A DNA stretch of 64,000 bases from a bacterium (GTDB taxonomy: Bacteria; Bacillota; Clostridia; Christensenellales; DTU072). The position numbers were made by a program, and so were the translations under genes. Under the pieces are notes generated by a model that saw only the letters and a list, made by a program, of their open reading frames with translations, was not told the origin of the DNA and searched no databases. The stretch covers positions 879-64,878 of the forward strand of contig CAVIQK010000008.1 in the NCBI GenBank assembly GCA_963644945.1, written 5' to 3'. Below, one piece after another: positions 1-11,025 of this stretch. The stretch's first letter is position 1; every line of letters starts with the position of its first letter.

Positions 1-376
1 TCCCTTTTTCTAGGACGGCTTTTGCCGACTTGGAATAAGCAAGGGTGAGTCCTGATGCACCGAGTTTTATTCCGCCAAAATATCTCACTACCACGACGGC
101 TACTCCGTATAGAGATTTGTTTTTTATCGCCGTCAGTATGGGCATGCCCGAAGTGCCTTGCGGTTCGCCGTCGTCGGACACTTTTTGTTCGTTTTTGTCG
201 GGAACGGACACTATCGCATAAGGGTAGTGAGTGGCTTCTTTGTATCTCTTTTTGACTTCTTTTAGAAAATTAAGCCCCTCTTCTACGTCGGCAACGTTTT
301 TGGCTACCGCTATAAATTTGGAGCGTTTTTCTATGTAGAGGTCTTCGACTTCGCCGTCTAGGGTGATGTAGTCCAC
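1..376 (-). CDS. yigZ: IMPACT/YigZ (UPF0029) family protein, C-terminal part beyond window edge
   Basis: Not in the ORF track because it runs off the edge. Manual minus-strand translation from GTG at 376 gives [26 protein letters not shown]...THYPYAIV...SDDGEPQGTSGMPILTAI...VAVVVVRYFGGIKLGASGL. This matches the KSKFIA, DDGEP-GT-G-PIL and RYFGG-KLG blocks typical of YigZ proteins. The GTG overlaps the tyrS stop (TAGTG). Confidence 0.7.
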   Translation of the reverse strand, partial: MDYITLDGEVEDLYIEKRSKFIAVAKNVADVEEGLNFLKEVKKRYKEATHYPYAIVSVPDKNEQKVSDDGEPQGTSGMPILTAIKNKSLYGVAVVVVRYFGGIKLGASGLTLAYSKSAKAVLEKG

Positions 377-1581
377 TATGCTTCTACTTTTAATCTGACT
401 TTTTTGCCTTTTGCAAGCACAAAACCGTTGGCAATATCGCTGTCGGTAAGGGTTGCATCCCAACCTTTGACTTCGATATCGTTGATTTTGACTCCGCCAC
501 CGTCAATAAGACGTCTTGCTTCGCCTTTGGAGGGGGCAAGTTTTAGGGCAACCAAAAGATCTACTACCTTGGTGATACCTTCGGGGAGTTTTACGGAAGG
601 CATATCGTCGGAATTTCCGCCGAAAGCGCCTTTACTCTTTTTGAGGGCTTCTTCGGCATCTTGTTCGCCATGGACGATTTTGACTACTTCGTATGCAAGT
701 CTTTCTTTTGCGACGTTCATTCTTTCGTCTTGGTGTGCGGTCAACTCGTTGACTTCGTCCATAGGAACAAATGTCAGGAGTCTTAGGCATTTGTTGACGT
801 CTGCATCGTCAATGTTTCTGAAATATTGGAAAAGTTCGTAAGGAGAAGTCTTTTCTTTGTCAAGCCATACTGCTCCTTTTTGGGTTTTGCCCATCTTCTT
901 GCCTTCGGATGTGGTCAAGAGTTCGAAAGTCATGGCGTATGCGGGAGCGCCTTCTTTTCTTCTAATAAGGTCTTCGCCTGCCAAAATGTTGGACCATTGA
1001 TCGTCTCCGCCACATTCTAGGCAACAACCGTAATCTTGGTATAGACGTAAAAAGTCGTATGCTTGCATTAGCATGTAGTTGAATTCTAGAAAAGTTAGTC
1101 CCTTTTCCATACGTTGTTTGTAGCATTCTGCGGTAAGCATACGGTTGACAGAGAATAGTGAGCCTATTTCTCTTATGAAGTCTATGTAATTGAGATTGAG
1201 AAGCCAGTCGGCATTGTTGACCATAATGGCGGCATTGTCGCCTTCAAACGAGAAGAATCTCGACATTTGTTTTTTGAAGCAGTCGCAGTTGTGTTGGACT
1301 TGTTCTTTGGTCATAAAGGATCTCATGTCCGTTCTGCCGGAAGGATCTCCTACCATGCCCGTACCGCCACCTATAAGTACGATGGGACGGTGTCCGGCTC
1401 TTTGCATGTGTCCCATTGCCATCAATGCAAGATAGTGACCTACGTGCAAAGAATCTGCAGTGGGATCGAATCCGATGTAGAAAGATACACTTTCTTTGCC
1501 GAGTTTTTCGTAAAGTTCTTCTTCAAAAACCGTTTGTTTTATAAATCCTCTTTCTCTAAGGGTGTCCATTACGTTTTTCAT
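376..1581 (-). CDS. tyrS: tyrosine--tRNA ligase
   Basis: 401 aa. Class I HIGH motif (HVGHYLA), KMSKS-type motif (KMGKTQ), C-terminal S4-like domain. ATG preceded by AGGAGA. Confidence 0.95.
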   Translation of the reverse strand: MKNVMDTLRERGFIKQTVFEEELYEKLGKESVSFYIGFDPTADSLHVGHYLALMAMGHMQRAGHRPIVLIGGGTGMVGDPSGRTDMRSFMTKEQVQHNCDCFKKQMSRFFSFEGDNAAIMVNNADWLLNLNYIDFIREIGSLFSVNRMLTAECYKQRMEKGLTFLEFNYMLMQAYDFLRLYQDYGCCLECGGDDQWSNILAGEDLIRRKEGAPAYAMTFELLTTSEGKKMGKTQKGAVWLDKEKTSPYELFQYFRNIDDADVNKCLRLLTFVPMDEVNELTAHQDERMNVAKERLAYEVVKIVHGEQDAEEALKKSKGAFGGNSDDMPSVKLPEGITKVVDLLVALKLAPSKGEARRLIDGGGVKINDIEVKGWDATLTDSDIANGFVLAKGKKVRLKVEA

Positions 1582-1583
1582 AT

Positions 1584-2786
1584 TTATTTCTCCTCTTGTC
1601 CTTGTATTTCTTCTTTTAGTAGGTCGCCGAGTCTTTTGATACCCGAATCGATTTGTTCTAACGTCGCATTGGAATAATTGAGTCTAAATGTGTTTTTGTC
1701 GGGTTCGGTCGCAAAGAAAGATTCGCCTGCGACAAAAGCAACATTCCTTTTGACGGCTTTTAGTAAAAGTTTTGATGCGTCGATATATTCGGGAAGTACG
1801 CACCATATAAACAAACCGCCTTGAGGGTTGGTATATTTGACGGATGACGGAAAATATTTGCGAATGGCGGATATCATCGCATCCTTTTTCTCTTTGTAGA
1901 CGGGTTTTACTAGGGAAAGGGTTGTTTCCATGTAACCATGTCTTAAATATTCGTCCACGATGGCTTGGGAAAGCGAAGTCGTGTGAACGTCAACGGCTTG
2001 TTTGCCGATGGTCATTTTTCTGATAATTTTTTCGTCCGCAGCCACAAGTCCTACTCTTATTCCGGGGCCGAGTGTCTTGGAAAAAGATGTGTTGTAGATA
2101 ATGTTGCCGCATGTGTCAAACGACTTGATCGGGGGAAGATCCTCGCCTTCGAAACGGATCTTGGAATAGGGATCGTCTTCCAAAACTACCACACCGTATT
2201 TTGCCGTAATTTCGGCAATTTTCTTTCTTTTTTCGATGCTTATCGTCTTGCCGGTAGGGTTGGAAAATGTAGGGACGATATACAAAAGTTTTGGGAAGTT
2301 TTCGACAATTTTGTTTTCCAAATCGGTCAAATTTATGCCGTCGTCGTCCGAATCTACCGATACAAGTTTGGCTTCGTAGGTTTTGGCAATATGAATTGCG
2401 GCAAGGTATGTAGGTCTTTCGAAAAGTATGACGTCGCCTTTATTTATAAAGGCTTTCATGGTAAGGTCGATGCCTTGTTGGCCACCGCTTATTGCTAGGA
2501 CGTTTTCTTTTTTCAGTCCCCTTATTCCCATGTTTTCAAGATATGCAATTCCGCTTTCTAGAAAAGGCGCCCAACCTTCGGTCGCTCCGTATTGCAATAC
2601 GTCATAACCGGTTTTGCCGACGAGAATTTCGGAAGAAAGTTCTCTTACGATGTCGGTGGGGATACCTTCTTTTGCAGGAAGTCCTCCCGCAAACGAGATA
2701 ATTTCGGGGTTTTTCAAAAGTTTGAATATCTCCCTTATTGCATTGCCTTCGAGATTTTTGAGTCTATCGCTCCACTTGTATTCCAT
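1584..2786 (-). CDS. PLP-dependent aminotransferase, class I/II (2-aminoadipate/aromatic aminotransferase-like)
   Basis: 400 aa. SNPTG motif and PLP-lysine motif [13 protein letters not shown]. Stop lies 3 nt from the tyrS start, so the two are co-transcribed. Confidence 0.85.
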   Translation of the reverse strand: MEYKWSDRLKNLEGNAIREIFKLLKNPEIISFAGGLPAKEGIPTDIVRELSSEILVGKTGYDVLQYGATEGWAPFLESGIAYLENMGIRGLKKENVLAISGGQQGIDLTMKAFINKGDVILFERPTYLAAIHIAKTYEAKLVSVDSDDDGINLTDLENKIVENFPKLLYIVPTFSNPTGKTISIEKRKKIAEITAKYGVVVLEDDPYSKIRFEGEDLPPIKSFDTCGNIIYNTSFSKTLGPGIRVGLVAADEKIIRKMTIGKQAVDVHTTSLSQAIVDEYLRHGYMETTLSLVKPVYKEKKDAMISAIRKYFPSSVKYTNPQGGLFIWCVLPEYIDASKLLLKAVKRNVAFVAGESFFATEPDKNTFRLNYSNATLEQIDSGIKRLGDLLKEEIQGQEEK

Positions 2787-2931
2787 TGTGTACCTCTTGT
2801 AAATTATTAGTGCATATTATAGTACTTAAAATAAATGTTAGTCAATCAAAAAACCTAACTCTTGTCGGTTATATTTCTTGTATTTCGTTTTGAAGTTGCT
2901 AAAAACACGAGAATATGGTAAACTTTCCTTT

Positions 2932-4260
2932 ATGAAACAAAAATCGCTTTTCATCGCTATAATCGCAACTGTTTTGATAATCTCGGTGCTTACCGTCGTT
3001 TTCGGTATGGTCCATCTGTTGTCAAGCAATCGTGAAAGTCAAAAAGCATCCTTTGAACGCACAAATTTCGAGTATAGTAGCGATGTAAGGCTTGCTTTCG
3101 TAGGGGCATTTGACTTAATTGTAGGCGAAGGGGGGACTTCTACTATCCCCGATTTTGCGACTTTTAGGGATAGAATTTACAAGAGTTTGAGGGAAGCAAG
3201 AGTTTCGCAAACCGTAGTCGAAAAGGTCATTGCCGAAATAAAATGCACCGATTGGTCGGACGAGGGCGAAGCGGGACAATTCGTAAAAACCCTTGTTCAA
3301 CTTGAAAAAGACGAGGAAAACACGCTTGATTTGTTGGTAAATACTCAAAACGTAGAAAGTTCCCTTGACGGCTTTTTTGCCTTTTTGGAAAAGACGGGGG
3401 CGACTTCGGACGAAATGGGAAGATTCCTTTATAGATTTATTTTGAACGGGCAGTGCGACGAGGTCTTTTATAAGGTGGACGAAAATGACTTTGCGATTAT
3501 GACGGCAGGGACGGTTGCACTGCTAAATTCTTTCGATCAAGAAATATTTGGTTCGCTATCTAGTTCTAGGACCTTTTTAAGCGGACTTGTAACCCTTGGT
3601 TATGCTTACAAGAGAATAATAAAAAGTGTCGGGAAAAACGATGTAAAAACTCTTGTCGGACTGGATGTTTTGACTAAAACCGACGGGGATATGATAGACT
3701 CGTCAAAGAGAGCGGAATATCTAGAAAAGGCAACGTTCTTTACCGATAATTTTGGGGATATTTTCTCGGAAATCGCCGACCTTTTGACTCGTATGCCTTA
3801 TGAATTTTTTGAGGAATTGTACGATTATAATGCCTTGAAGAAAGGGGCTGTCCAAGACGATTATACACTTTTATTCGCATATAAACGGCTGTCGGACGAA
3901 ATCGTCAAAAGTTTTGATAACCTGTCTTCTAATAGGACAACGGACGAAACTGTTGACTTTTTGGCGAAGTTTTACGCATCCGCAAAATGCGCAATCGATA
4001 TTTTGTACGGCAACACCGATAGTTTTTTAGACGATTATACTAGCGGAAAAACGATGTTAAAAGATATTTTCGACAATGCAAAAGTTTTGAGCGATATTGA
4101 TGCAAAGACTCTTGACGATGTCAAAAATTTGGACGATAAAACAGTCGAAAAAGGACTGAAATCTGCTAAATATCTAGAAAATCTGGACTTCGATTTTTCG
4201 GCTACCCTCAATTATTTTATGTCGGGAATAACACTCGCATCTATTGCTTTTTGGATATAA
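2932..4260 (+). CDS. hypothetical membrane-anchored protein (N-terminal TM, large helical ectodomain, short C-terminal hydrophobic segment)
   Basis: The track ORF starts at TTG 2878. The first ATG at 2932 gives MKQKSLFIAIIATVLIISVLTVVFGM (signal anchor). No recognisable catalytic motif. The stop lies 10 nt before the ABC ATPase start. Confidence 0.55.
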   Translation: MKQKSLFIAIIATVLIISVLTVVFGMVHLLSSNRESQKASFERTNFEYSSDVRLAFVGAFDLIVGEGGTSTIPDFATFRDRIYKSLREARVSQTVVEKVIAEIKCTDWSDEGEAGQFVKTLVQLEKDEENTLDLLVNTQNVESSLDGFFAFLEKTGATSDEMGRFLYRFILNGQCDEVFYKVDENDFAIMTAGTVALLNSFDQEIFGSLSSSRTFLSGLVTLGYAYKRIIKSVGKNDVKTLVGLDVLTKTDGDMIDSSKRAEYLEKATFFTDNFGDIFSEIADLLTRMPYEFFEELYDYNALKKGAVQDDYTLLFAYKRLSDEIVKSFDNLSSNRTTDETVDFLAKFYASAKCAIDILYGNTDSFLDDYTSGKTMLKDIFDNAKVLSDIDAKTLDDVKNLDDKTVEKGLKSAKYLENLDFDFSATLNYFMSGITLASIAFWI

Positions 4261-4270
4261 AGGAGCGAAT

Positions 4271-4927
4271 ATGGCACTTTTGGAAATCAAAAACATTTAT
4301 AAAAATTACGGCAACACACCTGTTTTGCAAGGCATCAATTTGACTGTCGAACAAGGCGATTTTGTTTCTATTATCGGGGCATCCGGTAGCGGAAAATCGA
4401 CACTTCTAAATATCATCGGCGGAATGGATCTGCCCTCTTCCGGTGAAGTCATTTTTGACGGGGAAAACATAACTAAAAAGACCGAAAAAGAACTTGCCGT
4501 ATTAAGACGGACAAAACTTGGATTTATATTCCAATTTTTCAATTTGGCACCATATTTGACGGCAAAAGAAAACATTGAACTTCCTTTGGTTTTTTCGGGT
4601 GAAAAACTTAAAAATTATCAAGAAAACATCCAAAATCTTGCAAAAACACTAGGAATTGAGAATATTCTAGGTAAACTCCCCAAAGAACTTTCGGGCGGTG
4701 AACAGCAAAGAGTCGCCATTGCAAGGGGACTTATCTTCAATCCTTCTCTTATTCTTCTCGATGAGCCGACCGGAAACCTTGACAGCAAAAACGCATTGGA
4801 AATAATGAAGTTGCTAAAAAATATCAATCAAGAAACTCACACTACCATAATACAAGTCACGCACAGCATGGAAAATGCCGAATTCGGCAACAAGATTATT
4901 GAGATAAAAGACGGAATTATACAGTGA
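4271..4927 (+). CDS. ABC transporter ATP-binding protein, MacB/LolD-like
   Basis: Walker [10 protein letters not shown], signature [14 protein letters not shown], Walker [19 protein letters not shown] lies 7 nt upstream of ATG 4271; the upstream 4244 start in the track has no SD. Confidence 0.9.
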   Translation: MALLEIKNIYKNYGNTPVLQGINLTVEQGDFVSIIGASGSGKSTLLNIIGGMDLPSSGEVIFDGENITKKTEKELAVLRRTKLGFIFQFFNLAPYLTAKENIELPLVFSGEKLKNYQENIQNLAKTLGIENILGKLPKELSGGEQQRVAIARGLIFNPSLILLDEPTGNLDSKNALEIMKLLKNINQETHTTIIQVTHSMENAEFGNKIIEIKDGIIQ

Positions 4928-7380
4928 ATATACTTGTAAAAAATGTTCTACGGAGCATAAGTAAAAGTAAATTTTCTACGTTTTTGATTATTTTGACGAT
5001 TGTTCTCGTCACTATAATTTTCTTTTTGTCTGCATCAAGTTCGGACATTATTTACAGTGTCCTAAAATCCGAATATTCAAGAATCAATATTGATGCCGAT
5101 ATTTTGGTGGGATCCCAAGGCGGGGGCGAAATGTACTCGCAAAGTTTGATTGCATCAGGTATCGAAAATGACGAAAACGTGCAAAGTATTACTTATTTTT
5201 TGCGGTCTTCTACCGTACTTTCGGACAGAAACAATGAGGCTATATTTTTAGAGGCTACGGATCTCGAAACATTTTTTGAAAAAGATAAATCTTTTTCTTT
5301 GATTTCTTCCGCCCAGGTCAAGGGATATCCCGAAGCCGTTGTGTCGGAGGAATTTTTAGAAAAATATCAATATAATATAGGCGATACTTTGACGATTTTG
5401 TCGCCGATAAACATGGAGCCTTTAACCTTTTCTATCACAAAAGTCGTGACCAAAGAGGGCTTTTTCTCGTCAATGACTCTAGACACTGTGCTTGTCGATT
5501 TGTCTGCGGTGGGGAGTTCTACCCTTGTAAACAACACCCTTATTAAGTTGAAAGACGGTGTAGATAAGGACGAATATATCGAAAAAATCTCGACGATTCT
5601 TCCTTATATAAATGTGGGGAGCGCTCTTCCTGACGATATAATCGGGGAAATGGAAAAAGAAAGCAATACTCTCTATGTCGTTGCCCTTTTGTTCGTCGTA
5701 GTGTTGATGTCCATAATACTCTTCACGATGTACCTACTTTTGTCAAGGAAGAGAGTGGATGAAATTGTAGTGTTCAAATCGGTGGGGGCGACACCTTTTT
5801 ACTCTTCGCTCGTCATTATACTGGAAGCACTGATATATGGTATTGTCGGGGGCATTGTCGGTCTAATTTTTGGGAGAATTATTCTCGAAATATTGGAGTC
5901 GGTTTTCCTAACGGCAGGGACAATAAATTATCGTTTTTGGAAATATCTCGTGAGTTTTTTGGGATCCGTATTGTTGAGTATTGTGGCATCTCTCATTCCT
6001 GCAATAAGTAGCGGTAAAAAGACCATCAAAGATCTTCTTAAAGATACCGTCAAACATACGATATTCCCTAACAAATATCTTGCAATCGCACTCCTTATTG
6101 TAGTCGCTACACTTCTTCTTGCCACTCTACTTACCGAAGGGACGGTTTCTTTGGTCCTTGCGCTCGTGCTTGTACCTTTTGTAGTCGCATCGCTTTTCGT
6201 CTTGACTCCTTATGTACTCAAAGTATTTACAAAAATATTCTCACTATTTTCTAAAAAAGGTTTTTCGGGACTGTTTAGTAAAAATATGAATAGGCATCAC
6301 GCATCTTCGGTTTTGACAATGCTGGTCGCTTTGATCATAGGATTTAGTTTTCTTTTCTTCGAGTTGTTCGGTATCGTCGTATCGGGCATAACTCCGTATA
6401 GGTCAAGAATAGATGCGGATATTGTAGCCGTAGCAACTAAAAACGAGAGTTTGGACACAATGCTTGCCGAATTAAACGAAAAAGGTCAAGCCGTATATTA
6501 TAAAGAAACGTCGCTTTTTATCGATACCGGAACGACCACGCAAGAAGATGTTATTTCGTATATTGTAGGTTCTACGGACACGTTAAAACTGATGACTACG
6601 GGACTAAAAGGACAGACAATCGATGATTTTGCCACTACCGAAAACGGTATTGTACTAAACTACGATTTGGCTAAGTCGCTGAACATTGAAGTAGGGGACA
6701 ACATAACTCTCGGTTATACCGTAAAGACGTCACAAAATAAAACGATGTTTCCTCTTGCCACCCCTTTCAAAGTGGTAGGATTCGACTATACGGACAACAG
6801 TTATCCGAAGTGTCTATTTATAAAGATAGACGATGCTTTAGGCAAGATAAATATTCCGTCAACTTCTGTCCTTTTGGTGCATCAACTTTCGTATGACGAC
6901 ACAAACGATATTATGACAAAATACGGCGGATATGCAGTGAGTCGGGATACTTTCGTATATACCGGACAAAACCCCGACGGGCTTATCTCGGTAATATATG
7001 TCCTTGAAGGGGTGTTTTTGGCGGTAGCGGTGCTTGGACTTGTAAATCTCATATTTGTCGAACTGTTTGAACGGGACAACGAATTTTTTGCTTTCAAGTC
7101 GGCAGGATGCTCGTACCATGACTATTTGAAATTGTCCGTCCCCGAAAACATGCTTGTTTCTTTGTCGGGTATGACCATGGGACTTGTAATAACTACTGTT
7201 TTTTCGGCTTTGATCCCATCCCTATATACTCTTGTCGGCAAGCATCCTTATTATGCCGTATTGTCGCCTACGGTCTTTTTGGTGGCACTCATCGGAGGGA
7301 TCGGGTACTTGGCGATTGCAAGCCTAATAAGACTGTCCACGAAGAAGAGATTTTTACGTATTTCAAAGAACTCTTTTTAA
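4924..7380 (+). CDS. ABC transporter permease, FtsX/MacB-type with two permease modules
   Basis: 818 aa. N-terminal TM, then two clusters of TM helices each preceded by a large extracytoplasmic domain. The GTG start overlaps the ATPase stop (GTGA). Confidence 0.75.
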   Translation: MNILVKNVLRSISKSKFSTFLIILTIVLVTIIFFLSASSSDIIYSVLKSEYSRINIDADILVGSQGGGEMYSQSLIASGIENDENVQSITYFLRSSTVLSDRNNEAIFLEATDLETFFEKDKSFSLISSAQVKGYPEAVVSEEFLEKYQYNIGDTLTILSPINMEPLTFSITKVVTKEGFFSSMTLDTVLVDLSAVGSSTLVNNTLIKLKDGVDKDEYIEKISTILPYINVGSALPDDIIGEMEKESNTLYVVALLFVVVLMSIILFTMYLLLSRKRVDEIVVFKSVGATPFYSSLVIILEALIYGIVGGIVGLIFGRIILEILESVFLTAGTINYRFWKYLVSFLGSVLLSIVASLIPAISSGKKTIKDLLKDTVKHTIFPNKYLAIALLIVVATLLLATLLTEGTVSLVLALVLVPFVVASLFVLTPYVLKVFTKIFSLFSKKGFSGLFSKNMNRHHASSVLTMLVALIIGFSFLFFELFGIVVSGITPYRSRIDADIVAVATKNESLDTMLAELNEKGQAVYYKETSLFIDTGTTTQEDVISYIVGSTDTLKLMTTGLKGQTIDDFATTENGIVLNYDLAKSLNIEVGDNITLGYTVKTSQNKTMFPLATPFKVVGFDYTDNSYPKCLFIKIDDALGKINIPSTSVLLVHQLSYDDTNDIMTKYGGYAVSRDTFVYTGQNPDGLISVIYVLEGVFLAVAVLGLVNLIFVELFERDNEFFAFKSAGCSYHDYLKLSVPENMLVSLSGMTMGLVITTVFSALIPSLYTLVGKHPYYAVLSPTVFLVALIGGIGYLAIASLIRLSTKKRFLRISKNSF

Positions 7381-7479
7381 AAAAAGAGAAAAATGACCGT
7401 AGCAAAGTATTTTTAGGACTTTTTCTACAAAAATTTTTGGTAAATTTTAATAAATTTTTTTTGTTTTTTTGCAAAACGA

Positions 7480-7508
7480 TTGCAACCAATCTATATTTAT
7501 TGTAAAAT
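7480..7508 (+). promoter_or_regulatory. sigma-A type promoter for gap (-35 TTGCAA, 17 nt spacer, -10 TAAAAT)
   Basis: Hexamers read directly at 7480-7485 and 7503-7508. AGGAGG SD at 7534-7539 upstream of ATG 7550. Confidence 0.45.
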
Positions 7509-7549
7509 ATAGCCATAACATAAATATCAATTTAGGAGGATATATTTTT

Positions 7550-8605
7550 ATGGCAAAAAATGTTAGAGTTGCAATCAACGGTTTCGGCAGAATCGGCCGT
7601 CTCGCATTCAGACAAATGTTCGGTGCAGAAGGATTTGAAATCGTAGCAATCAACGACCTTACCAGCCCCAAAATGCTTGCTCATCTTTTGAAGTATGACA
7701 GCACACAAGGCAACTATTCTATCGATCACACCGTTTCTTACGGCGAAGCAGTCTTGAACGAAGACGGCTCTGTCAAAGAAGACGGATACATTGTTGTCGA
7801 CGGAAAGAAAATCATCATCTACGCAAAAGCAAAAGCACAAGAACTTCCTTGGAAAGCCCTTGATGTTGACGTCGTACTCGAATGTACCGGTTTCTACACC
7901 TCCAAAGCAAAAGCCCAAGCACATATCGACGCAGGCGCAAAGAAAGTCGTCATTTCTGCTCCCGCAGGCAACGACCTTCCCACAATCGTCTATAACGTCA
8001 ACCACACCACTCTTACCAAAGAGGACAACATCATCTCCGCTGCATCTTGTACGACCAACTGCCTCGCTCCTATGGCTAAGGCACTCAATGACCTCGCTCC
8101 TATCGAAGCAGGTATCATGACCACAGTACATGCTTACACCGGCGACCAAATGCCTCTTGACGGACCTCAAAGAAAGGGTGATCTTAGAAGATCCAGAGCC
8201 GCTGCTATCAACATCGTTCCTAACTCAACAGGTGCTGCAAAAGCAATCGGTCTTGTTATTCCTGAACTCGCAGGCAAACTTATCGGTTCTGCACAACGTG
8301 TTCCTACCCCTACCGGATCTACAACAATCCTTGTTGCAGTCGTAAAAGGACAAGTCACAAAAGAACAAATCAACGAAGCTATGAAAGCCGCTTCTAACGA
8401 ATCTTTCGGATACAACACCGACGAAATCGTTTCTTCCGATATCGTAGGATCCAGATTCGGCTCCATCTTTGATGCAACCCAAACAATGGTCATCAACATG
8501 GCAGACGGCAACAGCCAAGTTCAAGTCGTTTCTTGGTACGACAACGAAAACAGCTACACCAGCCAAATGGTCCGTACCATCAAATACTTCTCACACTTGC
8601 TCTAA
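7550..8605 (+). CDS. gap: type I glyceraldehyde-3-phosphate dehydrogenase
   Basis: [17 protein letters not shown] Rossmann N-terminus and active site SCTTNCLAP. The track ORF start at 7469 is an upstream extension; ATG 7550 has the SD. Confidence 0.95.
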   Translation: MAKNVRVAINGFGRIGRLAFRQMFGAEGFEIVAINDLTSPKMLAHLLKYDSTQGNYSIDHTVSYGEAVLNEDGSVKEDGYIVVDGKKIIIYAKAKAQELPWKALDVDVVLECTGFYTSKAKAQAHIDAGAKKVVISAPAGNDLPTIVYNVNHTTLTKEDNIISAASCTTNCLAPMAKALNDLAPIEAGIMTTVHAYTGDQMPLDGPQRKGDLRRSRAAAINIVPNSTGAAKAIGLVIPELAGKLIGSAQRVPTPTGSTTILVAVVKGQVTKEQINEAMKAASNESFGYNTDEIVSSDIVGSRFGSIFDATQTMVINMADGNSQVQVVSWYDNENSYTSQMVRTIKYFSHLL

Positions 8606-8621
8606 TCTTAAAACTCAAAAT

Positions 8622-8650
8622 AAAAAGGAGTCCGATTGGACTCCTTTTTT
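8622..8650 (+). terminator. rho-independent terminator of gap
   Basis: GGAGTCC-GATT-GGACTCC stem-loop (8627-8644) followed by TTTTTT. Confidence 0.8.
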
Positions 8651-8660
8651 ATAGCAAACA

Positions 8661-8686
8661 AAAAAGAGACGTAATGTCTCTTTTTT
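8661..8686 (-). terminator. rho-independent terminator of the convergent PH-domain gene (palindromic, potentially bidirectional)
   Basis: AGAGAC-GTAAT-GTCTCT flanked by an A-run and a T-run. Confidence 0.7.
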
Positions 8687-8697
8687 AGAATCTACTC

Positions 8698-9249
8698 TTA
8701 TGCCTCTTTGGTTTTGCGGGCTTTTTCGATATATTCTTTTATTTTTTTGTAGTTTTCGTAAGGATTTTCGATTGAGTTAAATTTGAATGCGTTGCTACTG
8801 TCTTGACTGTTCAAGGGGCTTGATGTACTTCCAAAGCAGATAGTACCCGTATCTTTGATCATTTTGTCGATGATGCCTACCTTGACGTTGACGGCGCCTA
8901 TCATTGAAAGATCTAGGCATTTGTAGTCCGTACCGATTATGCCTGTCCTTATTATCAATCTTTTGTTGGTGCAAGCATAATATGTTTTTTGGCTATACAA
9001 AATGCTCAAAACTATTGACAATATCAATATGCCGGCAAAGACCGAACAACCAATTATTACCAATGTGGTGCCGATTTCTTTGGCGGCTTCGTCGTCTCCA
9101 AAGTAGGTGGCAACAAGTCCTATTGCCAAAAACATTGCAATAAATAGCGACATGGCGATTGCCGAGATAATCATTTTAACTTTGTTGGGGCGAAAAACCT
9201 CTATGACTTCTTCACCGTTTTCTAGTATAGGGGTAAACTTTTCTTCCAT
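8698..9249 (-). CDS. bacterial PH domain (bPH_2/YdbS-like) membrane protein
   Basis: 183 aa. Two TM helices followed by ...YYACTNKRLIIRTGIIGTDYKCLDLSMIGAVNVKVGIIDKM.., the typical YdbS-like layout. Confidence 0.6.
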   Translation of the reverse strand: MEEKFTPILENGEEVIEVFRPNKVKMIISAIAMSLFIAMFLAIGLVATYFGDDEAAKEIGTTLVIIGCSVFAGILILSIVLSILYSQKTYYACTNKRLIIRTGIIGTDYKCLDLSMIGAVNVKVGIIDKMIKDTGTICFGSTSSPLNSQDSSNAFKFNSIENPYENYKKIKEYIEKARKTKEA

Positions 9250-9261
9250 TGTTCTCTCCTT

Positions 9262-11025
9262 TTATTCTTTAATTATTTCATATCCGTAAGGTTTTAGCAT
9301 GCCTTTAGAATATGTTTTTTCTTGGTCGGTAGGGTTGACGTATAATGTTATACGATCTCTTTTGATCATCAATATATCGTGGTCGATTTTTATTTCGCAA
9401 GGCTTTTTGAACTCCTCTCGCATCGACTTGCGAATCATGCCTATAAAGCGATAATGTTCGAGAATTTCTTTGTCGAAAGCGTCTTTTATCGTGCATCTGT
9501 TGAGAGGATCTTCGAATCCTTGCATGCCCCTTTCGTCGCCGTAATAGACACTGGGGACTCCGGGGAGGAAATATTCGACGGCAGATGCCATCATAAGACG
9601 TCTTTTTGCCTTTTCGTATTGGTAGGGATCAAGCGTAAATTCTCTTTTTTCAAACTTGGATCGGTCGTCCATCCAATCGACGTCGGACAAAGCGGTAAGC
9701 GCTCTTTTGGTGTCGTGGGAATCTAGCATGGTCATGGACACGTCAAGCGAACACTTGGGGTAATTCTCCAAAATGTCGTCAATTGACTTTTTGAAGTCCC
9801 AAACATTGCCGTCTTTGGCAAGTTTTAGTATGGCATCTTTATAAGGATAGTTCATTACTCCGTCAAGTTGGTCACCGAGAAAATAGCGACGTTTTTCGGA
9901 ATAACTTTCTTTGGTCGATGCATCTTCCCAAACTTCGCCTAAAACCAAAGCATCTTTGTCTATCGATTTGACTTTTTTTCTTATTTTTTCGACAAAACCT
10001 GAACTCAACTCGTCCACGACGTCAAGTCGCCATCCTTTGATGCCGAATTTTAGCCATTTTTCTATGATTCCGTTGTCGCCTGCTATGAACTTTTGGAATT
10101 CTTCCGAGTTGCGTCTTACGGTAGGCACGCATGTGCATCCCCACCAACAATCGTAGGTGCCGTCGTCATTAAACGTGTACCAGTTTCTGTACGGACTGTC
10201 AACCGACTGTGCGGCTCCGAGTGAGTCGTAACGCCCAAACTCATTGAAATATACGGAGTCGGATCCGGTATGATTGAAAACACCGTCGAGCATAATAGAT
10301 ATGCCATGTTTTTCGGCTTGTTTTATGAGATTGGTAAAATCTTCTTCCGTACCTAAAACACTGTCTAGTTTTGTATAATCTCCGGTATCGTAACGGTGGT
10401 TGGAGTGAGAATCGAAAATTGGAGAGAGATATAACATTGACACACCGAGACTTTCTAGGTAAGAAAGTTTTTCGGTTATGCCCTTGAAATTGCCTCCGTA
10501 AATGTCGTTGGCTCTATACACTCCGTCGGGATCGACAAGAGTCGGGGGATCGTTCCATTCCTTTTTCACTCTATACGGGATATCGGGGATCTCGCCTACT
10601 CTATTGAATCTATCGACAAAAATGTGGTATATTATACCGCCTTTGATAAAATCGGGGGTAGAGTAGCCTTGTTTTACGACGGTTTGTTGCCACTCGGGGA
10701 GCCATTCTCCTACGATGCCTCGACCGAAGTCGTCTCTTCCTACATAGTAAGTAGTGTTTTTGGCATAAATTTCGAATCTATAAAAATAGACACCTTCTCT
10801 ACTAAACGTATAATTTGCAGTGAAGATGTCATATACTCCCTCGGCGGAAGTTTTTTTGAGTCTGACTTCTTTTATCTTGTCGGTAAAATAATCTCTATAA
10901 AAAAGGGATACCCCGTCGGCATGAATATTCTCTGCGACGGGGAATTTATAATTGATAGTTTGTCCTACCTCGACAGCACCGAAAGGTGCTTTATATTCGA
11001 GGTCTCGTGATGAAAACAATATCAT
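9262..11025 (-). CDS. GH13 alpha-amylase family hydrolase (neopullulanase/cyclomaltodextrinase-type), cytoplasmic
   Basis: GH13 conserved regions DGVFNHTG, GWRLDVVDE, EVWED and LDSHDT. No signal peptide. The start overlaps the glgP stop (TAATG). Confidence 0.85.
   Translation of the reverse strand: MILFSSRDLEYKAPFGAVEVGQTINYKFPVAENIHADGVSLFYRDYFTDKIKEVRLKKTSAEGVYDIFTANYTFSREGVYFYRFEIYAKNTTYYVGRDDFGRGIVGEWLPEWQQTVVKQGYSTPDFIKGGIIYHIFVDRFNRVGEIPDIPYRVKKEWNDPPTLVDPDGVYRANDIYGGNFKGITEKLSYLESLGVSMLYLSPIFDSHSNHRYDTGDYTKLDSVLGTEEDFTNLIKQAEKHGISIMLDGVFNHTGSDSVYFNEFGRYDSLGAAQSVDSPYRNWYTFNDDGTYDCWWGCTCVPTVRRNSEEFQKFIAGDNGIIEKWLKFGIKGWRLDVVDELSSGFVEKIRKKVKSIDKDALVLGEVWEDASTKESYSEKRRYFLGDQLDGVMNYPYKDAILKLAKDGNVWDFKKSIDDILENYPKCSLDVSMTMLDSHDTKRALTALSDVDWMDDRSKFEKREFTLDPYQYEKAKRRLMMASAVEYFLPGVPSVYYGDERGMQGFEDPLNRCTIKDAFDKEILEHYRFIGMIRKSMREEFKKPCEIKIDHDILMIKRDRITLYVNPTDQEKTYSKGMLKPYGYEIIKE

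Noticed and set aside
55-255. 66-aa plus-strand ORF at the window start
   Set aside because: It lies antisense to a minus-strand frame that reads as a clear YigZ/IMPACT protein. It is Arg/Cys-rich with no SD.
7532-8170. 212-aa minus-strand ORF
   Set aside because: Fully antisense to the unambiguous gap gene. Cys/Val-rich composition is typical of shadow ORFs.
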